Assembly: GCA_965649115.1 (NCBI GenBank)
Contig: CBFGJN010000016.1
Location: 1-33,587, forward strand
Direction of reading: 5' to 3'
Length of the DNA stretch: 33,587 nucleotides
Origin: a candidate division WOR-3 bacterium
GTDB lineage: Bacteria > Hydrothermota > Hydrothermia > LBFQ01 > DSFT01
The notes under the pieces were generated by a model that saw only the letters and a list, made by a program, of their open reading frames with translations, made no database searches and was not told the DNA's origin. Within the stretch, counting starts at the first letter, position 1. Every line of letters starts with the position of its first letter. The position numbers and the translations under genes were made by a program. Below, one piece after another: positions 19,817 through 30,143 of this stretch.

Positions 19817-21460
19817 ATGATAAGAAAGATAATAAAAATAATGATATTGACGATGGGGGGGATATATTATCTAAATGCTCAAAACTATCAACCATATATG
19901 GTCTCTGATTCACACTGGGTAATGGGAAGACATGATATAAAGAGAACAGGTTTCAATCCAATCAGATGCACATCTCCTGCTAATGTTAGTAGAAGTTGGT
20001 ATCATGCAACTGCTGGAAGTGATGGCAATGAAGTAAATACTATTATTCCTCCAAAAAGAGTTTTTTCATCAGGAAATGCTCTATCTGCTACTGATAACAA
20101 TTTAAATTTAGCTATGTACAATGCTTATAATGGAAGTATAATATGGTACCATAGTAGTCCTGGTGATGCAGATCTTGAGCATTCTGGTTGTGTTTATGCT
20201 TATAATAATCTTGTTTTTTGTCAGTGGATAAATGAAGCAAGCGACCCTTGGAGTAGCGATAAATCAAAAGCCCAATTATATGATGCAAATAATGGCAATA
20301 TACTATGGACAAATCAAGATGCTAGTAGTAAAGTCCATTATTCACCACCAGCAGTTTATCAGATAGGAAATGAACATTGGGTTTTTAGAGGGGTTAATGG
20401 CAATGCTAGAGCTGCCAAAATAATGCCAGTTAGTCCATTTTATCAGCAAGTTTGGTCAGTGAATTTAGGTTATGTAATAGGGGCACCGGCAATTCTTAAA
20501 ACTGATGGATTGAATAATTATGTATTATATCCTGTTAGTAATTTTAATAATAACTCTTTGAAGGATAGGGTTGTAGCACTAAATATACCTGATGGAACTA
20601 CAAGGTGGGTATGGGATTTGCCGCCTGGCAAAAGATTTTTTGTTAATTATAATAATGACCCTTATCCTTGCAGACCTTATAAATGCGCCAACATATCTGG
20701 TTATGATATTGATAATGATGGTAAAGATGAAATTTTTGTAAGATATGATAGTTTTCTTGTTATGTTAAGAGAAATAAACAATAGCCCTACTTTAATATGG
20801 TCAAGAAAATTATCTTCTTATCTTCCTACTGCAATTGCTATTGGTCCTATTTTACCTAATAATAAAATAGGGATAGCTGTTATCCCATTTAGAACAATGG
20901 GTGGTGGTCCTGCATATTGCGGAAATAATCTTGTCATATTGGATGCCACAAATGGTAATATCGTATGGACAATAAATTTGCCAGAAGACTATTGTAATTC
21001 ACCTACAATAGCGGATGTAAATGCTGATGGAATTTACGATGTTATTATAGCAAGTAGAGGCTGTTCTAATCCTGCTGCTTATAGTAGTTCTAATAATTTC
21101 TCATCACCTGTTTGGCAATCAACTGGCTGTTCCCAAGCAGCACCATTAAGTTCAGATCTAGCAGTTGGTTTAATAGATACAGTAATGGCATTTTCAATTG
21201 GAGATGAAAGTTGTTATACAAATGTATGGTTATGTAAAAAAGCTATTACACCTGTTTCATTTAATGAAAATTGGGGAGTAAATTATAAAATTATAAAGGG
21301 AGGGATTGAATTTGAAGGTTATGGAAATGTTGAAATTTACAAAATTGATGGTTCTTTGATAGGAAATTACGAGATTAGGAGTTTCAGAAAAGTTAATCTA
21401 TCAAGGGGTATTTATATAGTTAGAATAAACAAAGAAAATAAGAAAATTATTATAAACTAG
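19817..21460 (+). CDS. Secreted PQQ-like beta-propeller / FG-GAP protein with T9SS-like C-terminal domain
   Basis: Signal peptide; W..GRHD..RTG; repeated A.NG.I.W; DIDNDGKDEI and DVNADGIYDV; C-terminal IYKIDG...LSRGIYIV...KKIII. Confidence 0.7.
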   Translation: MIRKIIKIMILTMGGIYYLNAQNYQPYMVSDSHWVMGRHDIKRTGFNPIRCTSPANVSRSWYHATAGSDGNEVNTIIPPKRVFSSGNALSATDNNLNLAMYNAYNGSIIWYHSSPGDADLEHSGCVYAYNNLVFCQWINEASDPWSSDKSKAQLYDANNGNILWTNQDASSKVHYSPPAVYQIGNEHWVFRGVNGNARAAKIMPVSPFYQQVWSVNLGYVIGAPAILKTDGLNNYVLYPVSNFNNNSLKDRVVALNIPDGTTRWVWDLPPGKRFFVNYNNDPYPCRPYKCANISGYDIDNDGKDEIFVRYDSFLVMLREINNSPTLIWSRKLSSYLPTAIAIGPILPNNKIGIAVIPFRTMGGGPAYCGNNLVILDATNGNIVWTINLPEDYCNSPTIADVNADGIYDVIIASRGCSNPAAYSSSNNFSSPVWQSTGCSQAAPLSSDLAVGLIDTVMAFSIGDESCYTNVWLCKKAITPVSFNENWGVNYKIIKGGIEFEGYGNVEIYKIDGSLIGNYEIRSFRKVNLSRGIYIVRINKENKKIIIN

Positions 21461-21470
21461 GGGGTGGAAT

Positions 21471-21977
21471 ATGATGTTCTTTATTTTAAATTTAACCTTA
21501 GATGAGCTTAAAGTTAAATATGGAGCTATAACAAGCGCTTCAGGTAATGCTTGTGTTTATATAAGTCATGTGATAAGTTTAGATGGTTGTGGCAACTTTA
21601 ACTATCAAAATAATTCATACACTGGCTATGTATTTTATCTTGTTTGGACTAATGTTTATGGAAGTGTAAGTATAACCCAAAATGATACTTTATTCATATT
21701 CCACTTTGCTAACAAGAATAAGAAGAGGAGTGCTTATAAACATCCATATCTAAGTCCATATAAGTTCTTCTATTTACTTACGGAAAATCTTGATAAGGTT
21801 CAATATAATATCCAAGAAAATGATAAATTTTATATCGTTGAGTTCTACAATGCTTACAGAAAATGGATATTTGAGATTGATAAATCAAGCTATATAATAA
21901 ATTCTATAACTGCTTATGATAGTGATGGGTTTGTTCAAGCGAAAATAACATTTTCAAACGTAAATTTAAATTATTAG
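21471..21977 (+). CDS. Hypothetical exported protein, possible LolA-like fold
   Basis: C-terminal FEIDKSSYIINSITAYD...ITFSNVNLN resembles LolA-family ends; GGGGGTGG SD upstream. Confidence 0.45.
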   Translation: MMFFILNLTLDELKVKYGAITSASGNACVYISHVISLDGCGNFNYQNNSYTGYVFYLVWTNVYGSVSITQNDTLFIFHFANKNKKRSAYKHPYLSPYKFFYLLTENLDKVQYNIQENDKFYIVEFYNAYRKWIFEIDKSSYIINSITAYDSDGFVQAKITFSNVNLNY

Positions 21978-21978
21978 T

Positions 21979-23508
21979 ATGATGATTTTTGTATTTTGTT
22001 TTAATGGCTATTTAACGTTTGGAACAAGCGGAGGGGATTATATAAGAGCTGTTTATAAAGAAGGTAATAGTTTTTACTTTGTATCTACCACAAATGGTTG
22101 GACAAATACTAATGCCCATGCCGTCTTGGGAATAATGTCTCAATATGGAACTGTTTCAACTTTAAAAAGATATTACGTAAGTGCTTCAAATCCTTCTTAT
22201 AATTTGTGGATCCAAGATATAAAAACAACATCTAATAACATATATATGGTTGGTTCAGTTTGTAAATATGAACAATACTATTATATTTGCTCAAATAGTT
22301 CATCTCCCTTTTCATCATTTGTAAGTTTAGCTGTTATTATAAAAACTGATAAAAGTGGTAATATATCTTGGTATAAAATATATGATTATTCCTCAATTTT
22401 AAACTGCTACAATAATAATCAAAGATTTTCTCATATTTACTCTTCTTATATTACAAGTGATGGTAATCTTCTTATTGGAGGAGAAGCAACATTTTGTGAT
22501 TATTCTGGTCTTATTCTTGGAAGTGCTGGTTTCATATCAAAAATAAATTCATCATCTGGTAATGTATTATGGAATATATTCATTTACGATTCTTCAAATG
22601 GCGTTTGGGGTAATAGTGCTGTTATATCAGTTTTTGAAAAAGGAGGTTATTATTATGCTATAAATCAAACTACAAGAAGTATAGGAATTATAAAAATTCA
22701 GACAGATGGCTCATTTTGGTATTGGAATAGATTTCAATTACCTTTCAATATACCACAACAACAACGGGCAGTAGGTAGGGCTATTCCTTCAAGTGATGGA
22801 AATTATCTATTTGCAGGGGTTAGTCATCCAGGTGCATATTCAACAGATATCTTAGTTGTCAAAATTGCTTCTGACCCTCCGAATTCATATATTGTATTTT
22901 CAAAAGTCTTTCCTTATAATGGAAATGATATTTCAAGAGATGTTATTGAAAGGACTTCTGATTATGTCATTGGAGGTAATCTGAATTTTAGTTATTCAAG
23001 TAGCTCAGCAGTTTTAGTATCAATAAGTAAATTGAATGGTAATATAAACTATGCATATACACCTTCCCAAAACAATAGTTATATTGATAGACTTTTTCTT
23101 CATTCTGATGGAACAAGTATTTATATTTTCGGGAATACATTTCCTCTTTTATCTGGACAAAACTTAGTTATATTGGATGATGGTTATTTGAATAATTGTT
23201 ATTCATTTACTAATTATAATTTAAGTGCTAATGATTACAACTTGACGCGAACAGGTTATTATTATTTTTCTACTTATTTGCCATCTTCTTATAATTTAAT
23301 TATTTCAACATCTACTGCTAACTTTCAATACAGTCAAAGGTGTGGTTATTTAACACCATTAAATTATAAAGAATGTTTGAAAGATATTGAGGATTATGAA
23401 ATTTTTTCAATTGATGGAAGAAAATTAAATAGTTTTGATAGAAAGAAGAAAGGTGTGTTTATTTTAAAACTAAAAAATGAATCTTTTAAAGTTTTGTTAA
23501 ATCCTTAA
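21979..23508 (+). CDS. Secreted Ser/Tyr/Asn-rich beta-propeller protein with T9SS-like C-terminal domain
   Basis: KTDKSGNISW, TSDG and KINSSSGNVLW repeats; C-terminal IFSIDGRK...KGVFIL...KVL. Confidence 0.65.
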   Translation: MMIFVFCFNGYLTFGTSGGDYIRAVYKEGNSFYFVSTTNGWTNTNAHAVLGIMSQYGTVSTLKRYYVSASNPSYNLWIQDIKTTSNNIYMVGSVCKYEQYYYICSNSSSPFSSFVSLAVIIKTDKSGNISWYKIYDYSSILNCYNNNQRFSHIYSSYITSDGNLLIGGEATFCDYSGLILGSAGFISKINSSSGNVLWNIFIYDSSNGVWGNSAVISVFEKGGYYYAINQTTRSIGIIKIQTDGSFWYWNRFQLPFNIPQQQRAVGRAIPSSDGNYLFAGVSHPGAYSTDILVVKIASDPPNSYIVFSKVFPYNGNDISRDVIERTSDYVIGGNLNFSYSSSSAVLVSISKLNGNINYAYTPSQNNSYIDRLFLHSDGTSIYIFGNTFPLLSGQNLVILDDGYLNNCYSFTNYNLSANDYNLTRTGYYYFSTYLPSSYNLIISTSTANFQYSQRCGYLTPLNYKECLKDIEDYEIFSIDGRKLNSFDRKKKGVFILKLKNESFKVLLNP

Positions 23509-23558
23509 TCTATGAGAGGCAGCTTCCAAGATTTTTAAGCCGAAGGCCTTAGTTTAGG

Positions 23559-23637
23559 TGCTTTGTCTAGTAACTTGTGAAAATTTATTAAAAATCTTTA
23601 TTTTATGGGGGGTTTTAGTGGGGGGCTCCGCCCCCCA
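23559..23637 (+). mobile_element. Truncated MITE copy (left TIR plus first hairpin), next to a remnant at about 23533-23558
   Basis: TGCTTTGTCTAGTAA...GGGGGGCTCCGCCCCCC; AAGCCGAAGGCCTT immediately upstream. Confidence 0.7.
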
Positions 23638-23976
23638 ATGAAAAATTAAAAAACCAAATTTTAGATATTATTTTCAAGTTTGTAAATAAGGAAGAATGTG
23701 CTATTTTTTTTATTTGGTTCATTTGTAAAGGGTAGGGTAAGGCAAAGCTCAGATATTGGTATCGGAATTATTTGTAATGAAAAAATAGCTCCTATATTGA
23801 TTCAAAAAATTAGAGATGAGTTAAATGAAAAAGCTTGGACACTAAGAGAAATTGATGTTATTGATTTTAATAATATAAGTGATAAAGTTTTTTTAAAGTC
23901 TGCCTTAAAGGAGATTGAGATATGGCATATAGGCAAGAAATTGAAAATCAATTTAGAAAGTTTGAAAGTGCCTTAA
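23637..23976 (+). pseudogene. MNT (minimal nucleotidyltransferase) antitoxin pseudogene
   Basis: NEKLKNQILDIIFKFVNKEECAI (23637 onward) joins FLFGS only if one T is removed from the T8 run at 23704-23711. The DxD motif reads SDIGI, and no start codon follows the MITE. Confidence 0.75.
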
Positions 23977-24282
23977 AGAGATTAGAAGAAGTCCTATTAA
24001 TTGAAAATTACAATGATATTGTAAGGGATTCTGCTATAAAGAATATCATATTTTGAGGGAAAATTTTGTAATAGTCCAAGACAATGTTTTAAATTTGCTT
24101 TTAGTATAGGTTTAATAGAAGATGAGAATTTATTCTTAGAAATTTTAGAATATAGAAATCTAACAGTCCATACTTATTATGAACTTAATGCTAATCAAGT
24201 TTATGAATTTTTAAAAGAAAAAGGAATTATAGCATTTAAAAGTATTTATGAAAAATTAAAAGTCTATATTGATAGTATTTAA
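23922..24282 (+). pseudogene. HEPN (HI0074-like) toxin pseudogene with internal deletion and frameshift
   Basis: MAYRQE...RDSAIK, then frame change to EGKFCNSPRQCF...RNLTVHTY (Rx4H)...DSI*. The expected RFEF..EL.WK segment is missing. Confidence 0.8.
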
Positions 24283-24346
24283 ACGTTTTTATTTTACACA
24301 TAATGAACCTTATGTTAACTAAAATTAATTTTTAAAAAAGGAGGGT

Positions 24347-25129
24347 CTAAAAACCCTCTTCTTCTTCCTCAATAATAGAAATTGTTGGAATTGTTTCTTT
24401 AAGTTTTCTCATAGCATTATAAAAGTCATCTTCAATAACTCTAACTCTTTTACCATATATAGCTTGCCAAGCTTTACTTACAATTGTTTCTTTACTTAAC
24501 GCATTTTTCAATCCAAGTTCCTTATATCTTTCATCTAAGACCTTTCTCAAATCAAGTAAAATTTCTGCTCTTTTCTTTCTTTCCTCTCTTGCTAAATTTA
24601 ATTCATATTCTGTCCAATTATCAACCTTTTGTAAAACTTTTTCAAACGCATAAGCAGGAAATCTTTTATCGTTATATTCATCAGTTATAAAGCCAATTGT
24701 TAAAAAATAAGGAAATTCAATCAAATCGGAAAGTTCATATTCTTTCATATTTGGAAATTTTTCAAGATGCTCTTTAAATATCTCGTACGATTGATGAGCT
24801 TTATCTTTTAAGTTTGGAGCTTTTTCTATATTCAAACTGATTATATATTTTTTCATTTCTTTTGGAAGAATTATTGAAGGAATTTCTCTTATTCCAAGAA
24901 GTTTGGCAGCTTCAAGCCTATGCTGTCCATTTATAACCTCATAATAAGAACCATCCTCTGATGGAATTATAATAATTGGATCTATAAAACCAAGCTTTTC
25001 CATAGACATCATTAGATTCTTAACAAGAGCATCTGATATTTCCCTTTGTATCGTAGGAATTCTAATTTTATCAGCTTGAACTAATTCAAATTCTATTTCA
25101 TAACCTTTATAAGGTTCTTTAAATTTCAT
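24347..25129 (-). CDS. ParB/Srx N-terminal domain protein
   Basis: IQRE...LGFIDPIII...YEVINGQHRLEAAK.LG..IP. Confidence 0.75.
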   Translation of the reverse strand: MKFKEPYKGYEIEFELVQADKIRIPTIQREISDALVKNLMMSMEKLGFIDPIIIIPSEDGSYYEVINGQHRLEAAKLLGIREIPSIILPKEMKKYIISLNIEKAPNLKDKAHQSYEIFKEHLEKFPNMKEYELSDLIEFPYFLTIGFITDEYNDKRFPAYAFEKVLQKVDNWTEYELNLAREERKKRAEILLDLRKVLDERYKELGLKNALSKETIVSKAWQAIYGKRVRVIEDDFYNAMRKLKETIPTISIIEEEEEGF

Positions 25130-25197
25130 AGTGCTAAAATTTTAAAGCACAAGTAAATAAAAGCTTCGCCTTTAAAAATAGGGCTTAAAATTTTATT

Positions 25198-26196
25198 GTG
25201 ATACTAAAAAACCTTCAACTTATAAATTTTAAAAAATTTTCTTATTTAAAATTGGAATTTTCGGAAGGTGTTAATTTTATTATTGGAGGAAATGGTTCAG
25301 GAAAGACAACAATTATTGAAGCAATAAGTTATCTTTCAATTCCAAGGTCTTTTAGAGGTGTAAAAGATGAATTTTTAATAAAATTTAATGAAATTGGATG
25401 GACAATTAAAGCAGAAATTTCTAATTTAATAGAACATAATATTCAAATCACTTATAAGAAAGATGGATTTAAGGTAATATATCTTGATGGGAAAAAACTG
25501 AAAACATTTTTAAAATTATTTGAAACATTTTCCGTCCTAACCTTTCATTCAAATAATTACAATTTAATAGACCAAAGTCCAGAACTAAGACGCAAATTTT
25601 TTGATTGGTTTTTTTCAATTCTAAATTACGAATACTTTATATCACTATATAAGTATAAAAAAATTTTAATACAAAAGAACAAAGCTCTTAAATTAAAGTC
25701 TGATATTTCAATATGGAACAAACAACTAAAACAATATTCAGATTACATAATGAAATTTAGAAAATTTTATATAGAACAATTAAATTCTATTATAATAGAA
25801 CAAAATGATAAAATAAAAATTGAATACAAAAGTTCATTAAATGATAAAAATTTTGACGATTTTATAGAACTTGAAATGAAAAGGGGATTTAGTGTTATTG
25901 GTCCTCATAGAGATAACTATGAATTTTATTATGAAGGGAAAAATGCAAAATTTTTTGCATCAGAAGGTGAAAAAAGAAAAATGTTATTAAACCTTGTTAT
26001 TGCTATGGTAAAACTAACACAAAATATCAAAAAACTAAAACCTGTCATTGCTTTTGATGACCCTTTTAATGTTTTAGATGAAAAAAATTTTAAAAATTTT
26101 CTTGAGGAAATTAAAAATTTAAATGTCCAAATTATTATTAGCTCTACAAGTCTTAAAATTGAAAGTAATAATTATAATATAATAACTCTCAATTAA
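25198..26196 (+). CDS. recF: DNA replication and repair protein RecF
   Basis: GGNGSGKT Walker A, RSFRG, RRKFFD, GPHRD, ASEGE and FDDPF..LD motifs. Confidence 0.9.
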   Translation: MILKNLQLINFKKFSYLKLEFSEGVNFIIGGNGSGKTTIIEAISYLSIPRSFRGVKDEFLIKFNEIGWTIKAEISNLIEHNIQITYKKDGFKVIYLDGKKLKTFLKLFETFSVLTFHSNNYNLIDQSPELRRKFFDWFFSILNYEYFISLYKYKKILIQKNKALKLKSDISIWNKQLKQYSDYIMKFRKFYIEQLNSIIIEQNDKIKIEYKSSLNDKNFDDFIELEMKRGFSVIGPHRDNYEFYYEGKNAKFFASEGEKRKMLLNLVIAMVKLTQNIKKLKPVIAFDDPFNVLDEKNFKNFLEEIKNLNVQIIISSTSLKIESNNYNIITLN

Positions 26197-26271
26197 AGTG
26201 TTGTGGGCATAGCTTCCCTTAAAAATCCCCCTATTCTGCTTTAAAATAATCAAATTAAGGCATTAAAAAAC

Positions 26272-26459
26272 TGCTTTGTCCAATAAGTGATGTTAAGTCC
26301 TTGATTATCAATAACTTATAAAAATTTAATGGGGGGAATTTAAGGGGGGCGAAGCCCCCCAAGGCAAAAGATGGGGTATTTTAAAGGCTCTGCCTTTATT
26401 TCGGGGCGGGTGGGGAAAATATAGAAAAATAAATAATTTTAGAATTACTAGACAAGGCA
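26272..26459 (+). mobile_element. MITE-like element with 9-bp target-site duplication
   Basis: TIRs TGCTTTGTCCAATAA and TTACTAGACAAGGCA; TTAAAAAAC at both 26263-26271 and 26460-26468. Confidence 0.9.
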
Positions 26460-27140
26460 TTAAAAAACTGATTTTAAATTTCTAATATAAAACAAATCAA
26501 AACTTCCAATATCCAAAATTAATTCAAAATTTTTATTTACTTGTAAAATTTTTCCTTTATAAATTTTTCCCTTATATTCAAATTCAACAACTTCTTTTGA
26601 AATAAAATTATTGTACTGACTAATTATAAAATCAAAGTCAAAATTCAATAGAATTTTTAAATTCTCGTAAATTTTAAAAGCAATTTCATCTATATTAAAA
26701 AACTTATTCTTTATTAAGAACATAGAAGTAGCTAATAGATTTTGAGGAAATTGAGATTGATTAACATTTAAACCAATACCCAAAACAACTTCACTGTCTT
26801 TCATTTCAATTAAAATTCCACAGATTTTTTTATTTTCATAATAAATATCGTTTGGAATTTTGATTTTGGCATTAATTTCATAAAATTTTAAGATATCTAA
26901 TATACAAATTGGAGTTATTATTAAAAGTTTTTTGGAAAATTCAACAGATTTATTTTTAAATCCAATTGACATATAAAGTCCTCCTAAATCACTAATCCAA
27001 TAATTACCATATCTTCCCCTACCCTTCTCCATTCTATCAGCAATTACAATAACTTCATCAAAATTTTTTAATAATTCAAATGCTTTATCTTGTGTAGAAT
27101 CTAAAACATCAAATTTAAATAAATTTTTTAACAATTTCAT
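26460..27140 (-). CDS. birA: Biotin-[acetyl-CoA-carboxylase] ligase (no HTH, group I)
   Basis: DSTQ, GRGRYG..W, KIPND, KKICGILIE and GIGLNV motifs. Confidence 0.92.
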   Translation of the reverse strand: MKLLKNLFKFDVLDSTQDKAFELLKNFDEVIVIADRMEKGRGRYGNYWISDLGGLYMSIGFKNKSVEFSKKLLIITPICILDILKFYEINAKIKIPNDIYYENKKICGILIEMKDSEVVLGIGLNVNQSQFPQNLLATSMFLIKNKFFNIDEIAFKIYENLKILLNFDFDFIISQYNNFISKEVVEFEYKGKIYKGKILQVNKNFELILDIGSFDLFYIRNLKSVF

Positions 27141-27525
27141 TTATATTTTTTGGAATTCTAATAAGTTTTTTTTCACTATTTAAGAATGCATGTCTTGTTT
27201 TGGCAGAAACACTTAAATAGTCTTTTGTTTCATTATAAATAGAATAATAATAATCAAATGTAATTCCGTTATCTTCAATCTTTAAAATATCTACTCTTAA
27301 AATATCACCATAATATGAAGGTTTTCTATATTCCAAATTAGCAGAAAGGACAACCACAAAATAACCTTCTTCCTCCATTTTATAGTAAGGATAACCAATA
27401 CTTTCCCAAAGTAATGTTCTTGCCTCTTCAAGATAAATAAGATATACTGAATGATGGATAAAACCCATTTTATCTGTTTCAGCATATCTTGTTTTAATTT
27501 TATGTGAGTATATCGGAGATTTCAT
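27115..27525 (-). CDS. Acyl-CoA thioesterase (YbgC/4HBT family)
   Basis: RYAETDKMGFIHHSVYLIYLEEAR motif. Confidence 0.9.
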   Translation of the reverse strand: MKSPIYSHKIKTRYAETDKMGFIHHSVYLIYLEEARTLLWESIGYPYYKMEEEGYFVVVLSANLEYRKPSYYGDILRVDILKIEDNGITFDYYYSIYNETKDYLSVSAKTRHAFLNSEKKLIRIPKNINEIVKKFI

Positions 27526-27856
27526 TTTTTTCTTTAAAAATAATTATTTTAGGTTTATAAAATTTATAATCTTCCTCGTTTATATATCTAAAAGACATTA
27601 CAATAATTTTATCACCAATTTCTCCATTTCTGGCTGCTGCTCCTCTTAAAACTACAAGACCACTGTTATATTCCTCTTCAATAACGTAAGTTTCAAATCT
27701 TTGACCATTATTTAAATTTACAACTAAAACTTCTTCATAAGGTAGAATTCCAGAAATTTCTAAAAATTTCTTATCAATTCCAATACTACCTTCATAATAT
27801 AAACTTTTATCTATTATTGTTAAATTTTGAAGTTTAGCTTTTAAAATTTTTATCAT
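27500..27856 (-). CDS. panD: Aspartate 1-decarboxylase
   Basis: LKAK, YEGSI (Gly-Ser self-cleavage site), NGQRFETY and GAAAR motifs. Confidence 0.95.
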   Translation of the reverse strand: MIKILKAKLQNLTIIDKSLYYEGSIGIDKKFLEISGILPYEEVLVVNLNNGQRFETYVIEEEYNSGLVVLRGAAARNGEIGDKIIVMSFRYINEEDYKFYKPKIIIFKEKNEISDILT

Positions 27857-28329
27857 ATCTCTTGTCCGTCTAAATAAACAACAGATTTAGGATATATTGC
27901 CTTAAACATATCTATAACACTATCAATTAATCTACTTTTAATTAAAACATAAACTTCTTCTCTTGAAGAGCTTATCATTTCTATATTTGCCCCTGAACTT
28001 GCTATTAAATTAAAGGCATCTGCTATTAGTTGAGTATTTCCTTCAATTCCTGAAAAAATTAAAAGTGCAACATTCTCATCTACAAAAACCTCTACATTAT
28101 CTTCATCATATAAAATTGAATATAAATTTGCTCTTGTATCTTCCAGTTGACTTTCATATACTACAAATGCTAAATCTGCCCTTCCTTTTATAGCTGTATC
28201 AAAACTAATACAAATAATATCTATTTTTTTCTTTGAAAGTTCATTAAAAATATCTGCTGCTACACCAGGTTTATCTTTAAGACCTCTTATAACAACTTTA
28301 CCAACTTTCGTTTTAATATCCAAATGCAT
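27853..28329 (-). CDS. Stand-alone tandem ACT domain protein (aspartokinase beta-subunit-like)
   Basis: GLKDKPGVAADIF and GANIEMISSS motifs. Confidence 0.8.
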   Translation of the reverse strand: MHLDIKTKVGKVVIRGLKDKPGVAADIFNELSKKKIDIICISFDTAIKGRADLAFVVYESQLEDTRANLYSILYDEDNVEVFVDENVALLIFSGIEGNTQLIADAFNLIASSGANIEMISSSREEVYVLIKSRLIDSVIDMFKAIYPKSVVYLDGQEI

Positions 28330-28385
28330 TATTAAACTTTGAAAATTTTAAAGGATAAATAGAAAGAACCTTAAAATTTCAATCT

Positions 28386-30143
28386 ATGTTAAGAACCCAT
28401 ACATGTGGTGAATTAAATAAGAATGATATTGGAAAAGAGGTTGTTGTTTGTGGTTGGGTTAGAAGGATTAGAGAAATTGGAAATATAAATTTTATAGATT
28501 TGAGGGATAGATACGGAAGAGTTCAAATTGTAGTTGAAGAGAAAAATTTAATTAAAAATTTAGATATTGGTCTTGAATATGTTATAAAAGTTAAGGGAAT
28601 TGTAAGAAGAAGGCCTGAAAAAGATATAAATCCTTCACATCCAACAGGAGAAATTGAGGTATTAGCTACGGAAATAGAAGTTTTAAACACATCTAAACAT
28701 TTACCTTTTCTTCCAGAAGATGAAATAAATGTTAATGAAGAAACAAGACTAAAATATAGATTTATAGATTTAAGAAGACCAAAAATGCAAAGAAATTTAA
28801 TAATTAGACATAAGACTGCTTTAATTGTAAGGAATTTTTTATCTGAAAATGGATTTATAGAAATTGAAACACCATTTCTAACAAGATCTACACCAGAAGG
28901 CGCAAGGGACTTTATTGTTCCATCAAGATTAAATCCTACTAAATTTTACGCACTTCCTCAATCTCCACAATTATACAAACAAACACTTATGATTTGTGGT
29001 TTTGATAAGTATTTCCAAATTGTTAGATGTTTTAGAGATGAAGATTTAAGAGCAGATAGACAGCCAGAATTTACACAAATTGATATAGAAATGAGTTTTG
29101 TAGATATTGAAGATGTTCTAAATTTAGTAGAAAATTTAATGGTAAAAATTTTTAAGGAAATTTTGGACTATGAAATTGAAAAACCATTTTTAAGAATAAG
29201 TTATAAATCTGCAATTTTAAATTATGGTTCTGATAAACCCGATTTAAGAAGTGATATTAAAATTATTGATTTGACTGAAAATATTGAAGGATTTAATATA
29301 TTTGATGAAATTAAGAAAAATAATGGAAAAATTATTTCCTTACCAATACCATTAGATTTATCAAGAAAGGAAATTGAAGAATTGAAATCAATAATTGAAA
29401 ACTTTGTGTTTTTCAAGAAATTCAACAATCAACTATCAGGACAAATTTCAAAGTTCATTAAAAATTATGAAAATTTACCTGATGGAACATATATTGTTAT
29501 TGGTGGATATGGTCTAAATGTTTATAAAAAACTTGGCACTTTAAGAAATGAAATTATCAAAAAATATAAATTATTTAATAAAAAATGGTCTATTTTGTGG
29601 GTTTTAGATTTTCCATTGTTTGAATATAATGAAGATGAAAAAAGAATTGAACCATCACATCACATATTCACTTCAATTTATGAAGAAGATTTAGATAAAT
29701 TAGAAGAACTTGAACGAAAATTAAAAAATGGAGAAGATTATTCTAACATAATAGAACAAATTAGGGGTAAGCAGTACGATTTAGTAATTAATGGAAATGA
29801 AATAGGTTCAGGTTCAATTAGAGTTCATAATAGAAAATTTCAAGAAAGACTTATGAAAATTATAGGTTTAACAGATGAGGAAATAAATAGAAAATTTGGA
29901 TTTTTCCTAAATATCCTTGAATATGGAGCGCCACCACATGGTGGAATAGCACTCGGTTTTGATAGAATAATAGCTCTATTAACTGATAATGAAAGTATAA
30001 GAGATGTTATTGCATTTCCAAAAACAACATCAGGACAAGCATTATTTGAAGATGCACCATCTGATGTTGATTTAGAATTGCTTAAAGAACATAAAGAAAC
30101 ATTTTTAAATGCCATTTTAAAAATTAACCAAGATAATGGCTAA
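28386..30143 (+). CDS. aspS: Aspartate-tRNA ligase
   Basis: [40 protein letters not shown] and [12 protein letters not shown] motifs. Confidence 0.98.
   Translation: MLRTHTCGELNKNDIGKEVVVCGWVRRIREIGNINFIDLRDRYGRVQIVVEEKNLIKNLDIGLEYVIKVKGIVRRRPEKDINPSHPTGEIEVLATEIEVLNTSKHLPFLPEDEINVNEETRLKYRFIDLRRPKMQRNLIIRHKTALIVRNFLSENGFIEIETPFLTRSTPEGARDFIVPSRLNPTKFYALPQSPQLYKQTLMICGFDKYFQIVRCFRDEDLRADRQPEFTQIDIEMSFVDIEDVLNLVENLMVKIFKEILDYEIEKPFLRISYKSAILNYGSDKPDLRSDIKIIDLTENIEGFNIFDEIKKNNGKIISLPIPLDLSRKEIEELKSIIENFVFFKKFNNQLSGQISKFIKNYENLPDGTYIVIGGYGLNVYKKLGTLRNEIIKKYKLFNKKWSILWVLDFPLFEYNEDEKRIEPSHHIFTSIYEEDLDKLEELERKLKNGEDYSNIIEQIRGKQYDLVINGNEIGSGSIRVHNRKFQERLMKIIGLTDEEINRKFGFFLNILEYGAPPHGGIALGFDRIIALLTDNESIRDVIAFPKTTSGQALFEDAPSDVDLELLKEHKETFLNAILKINQDNG

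Noticed and set aside
14897..24282. Integrated prophage or island at tRNA-Pro
   Set aside because: No integrase, phage genes or duplicated tRNA 3' end found in the window
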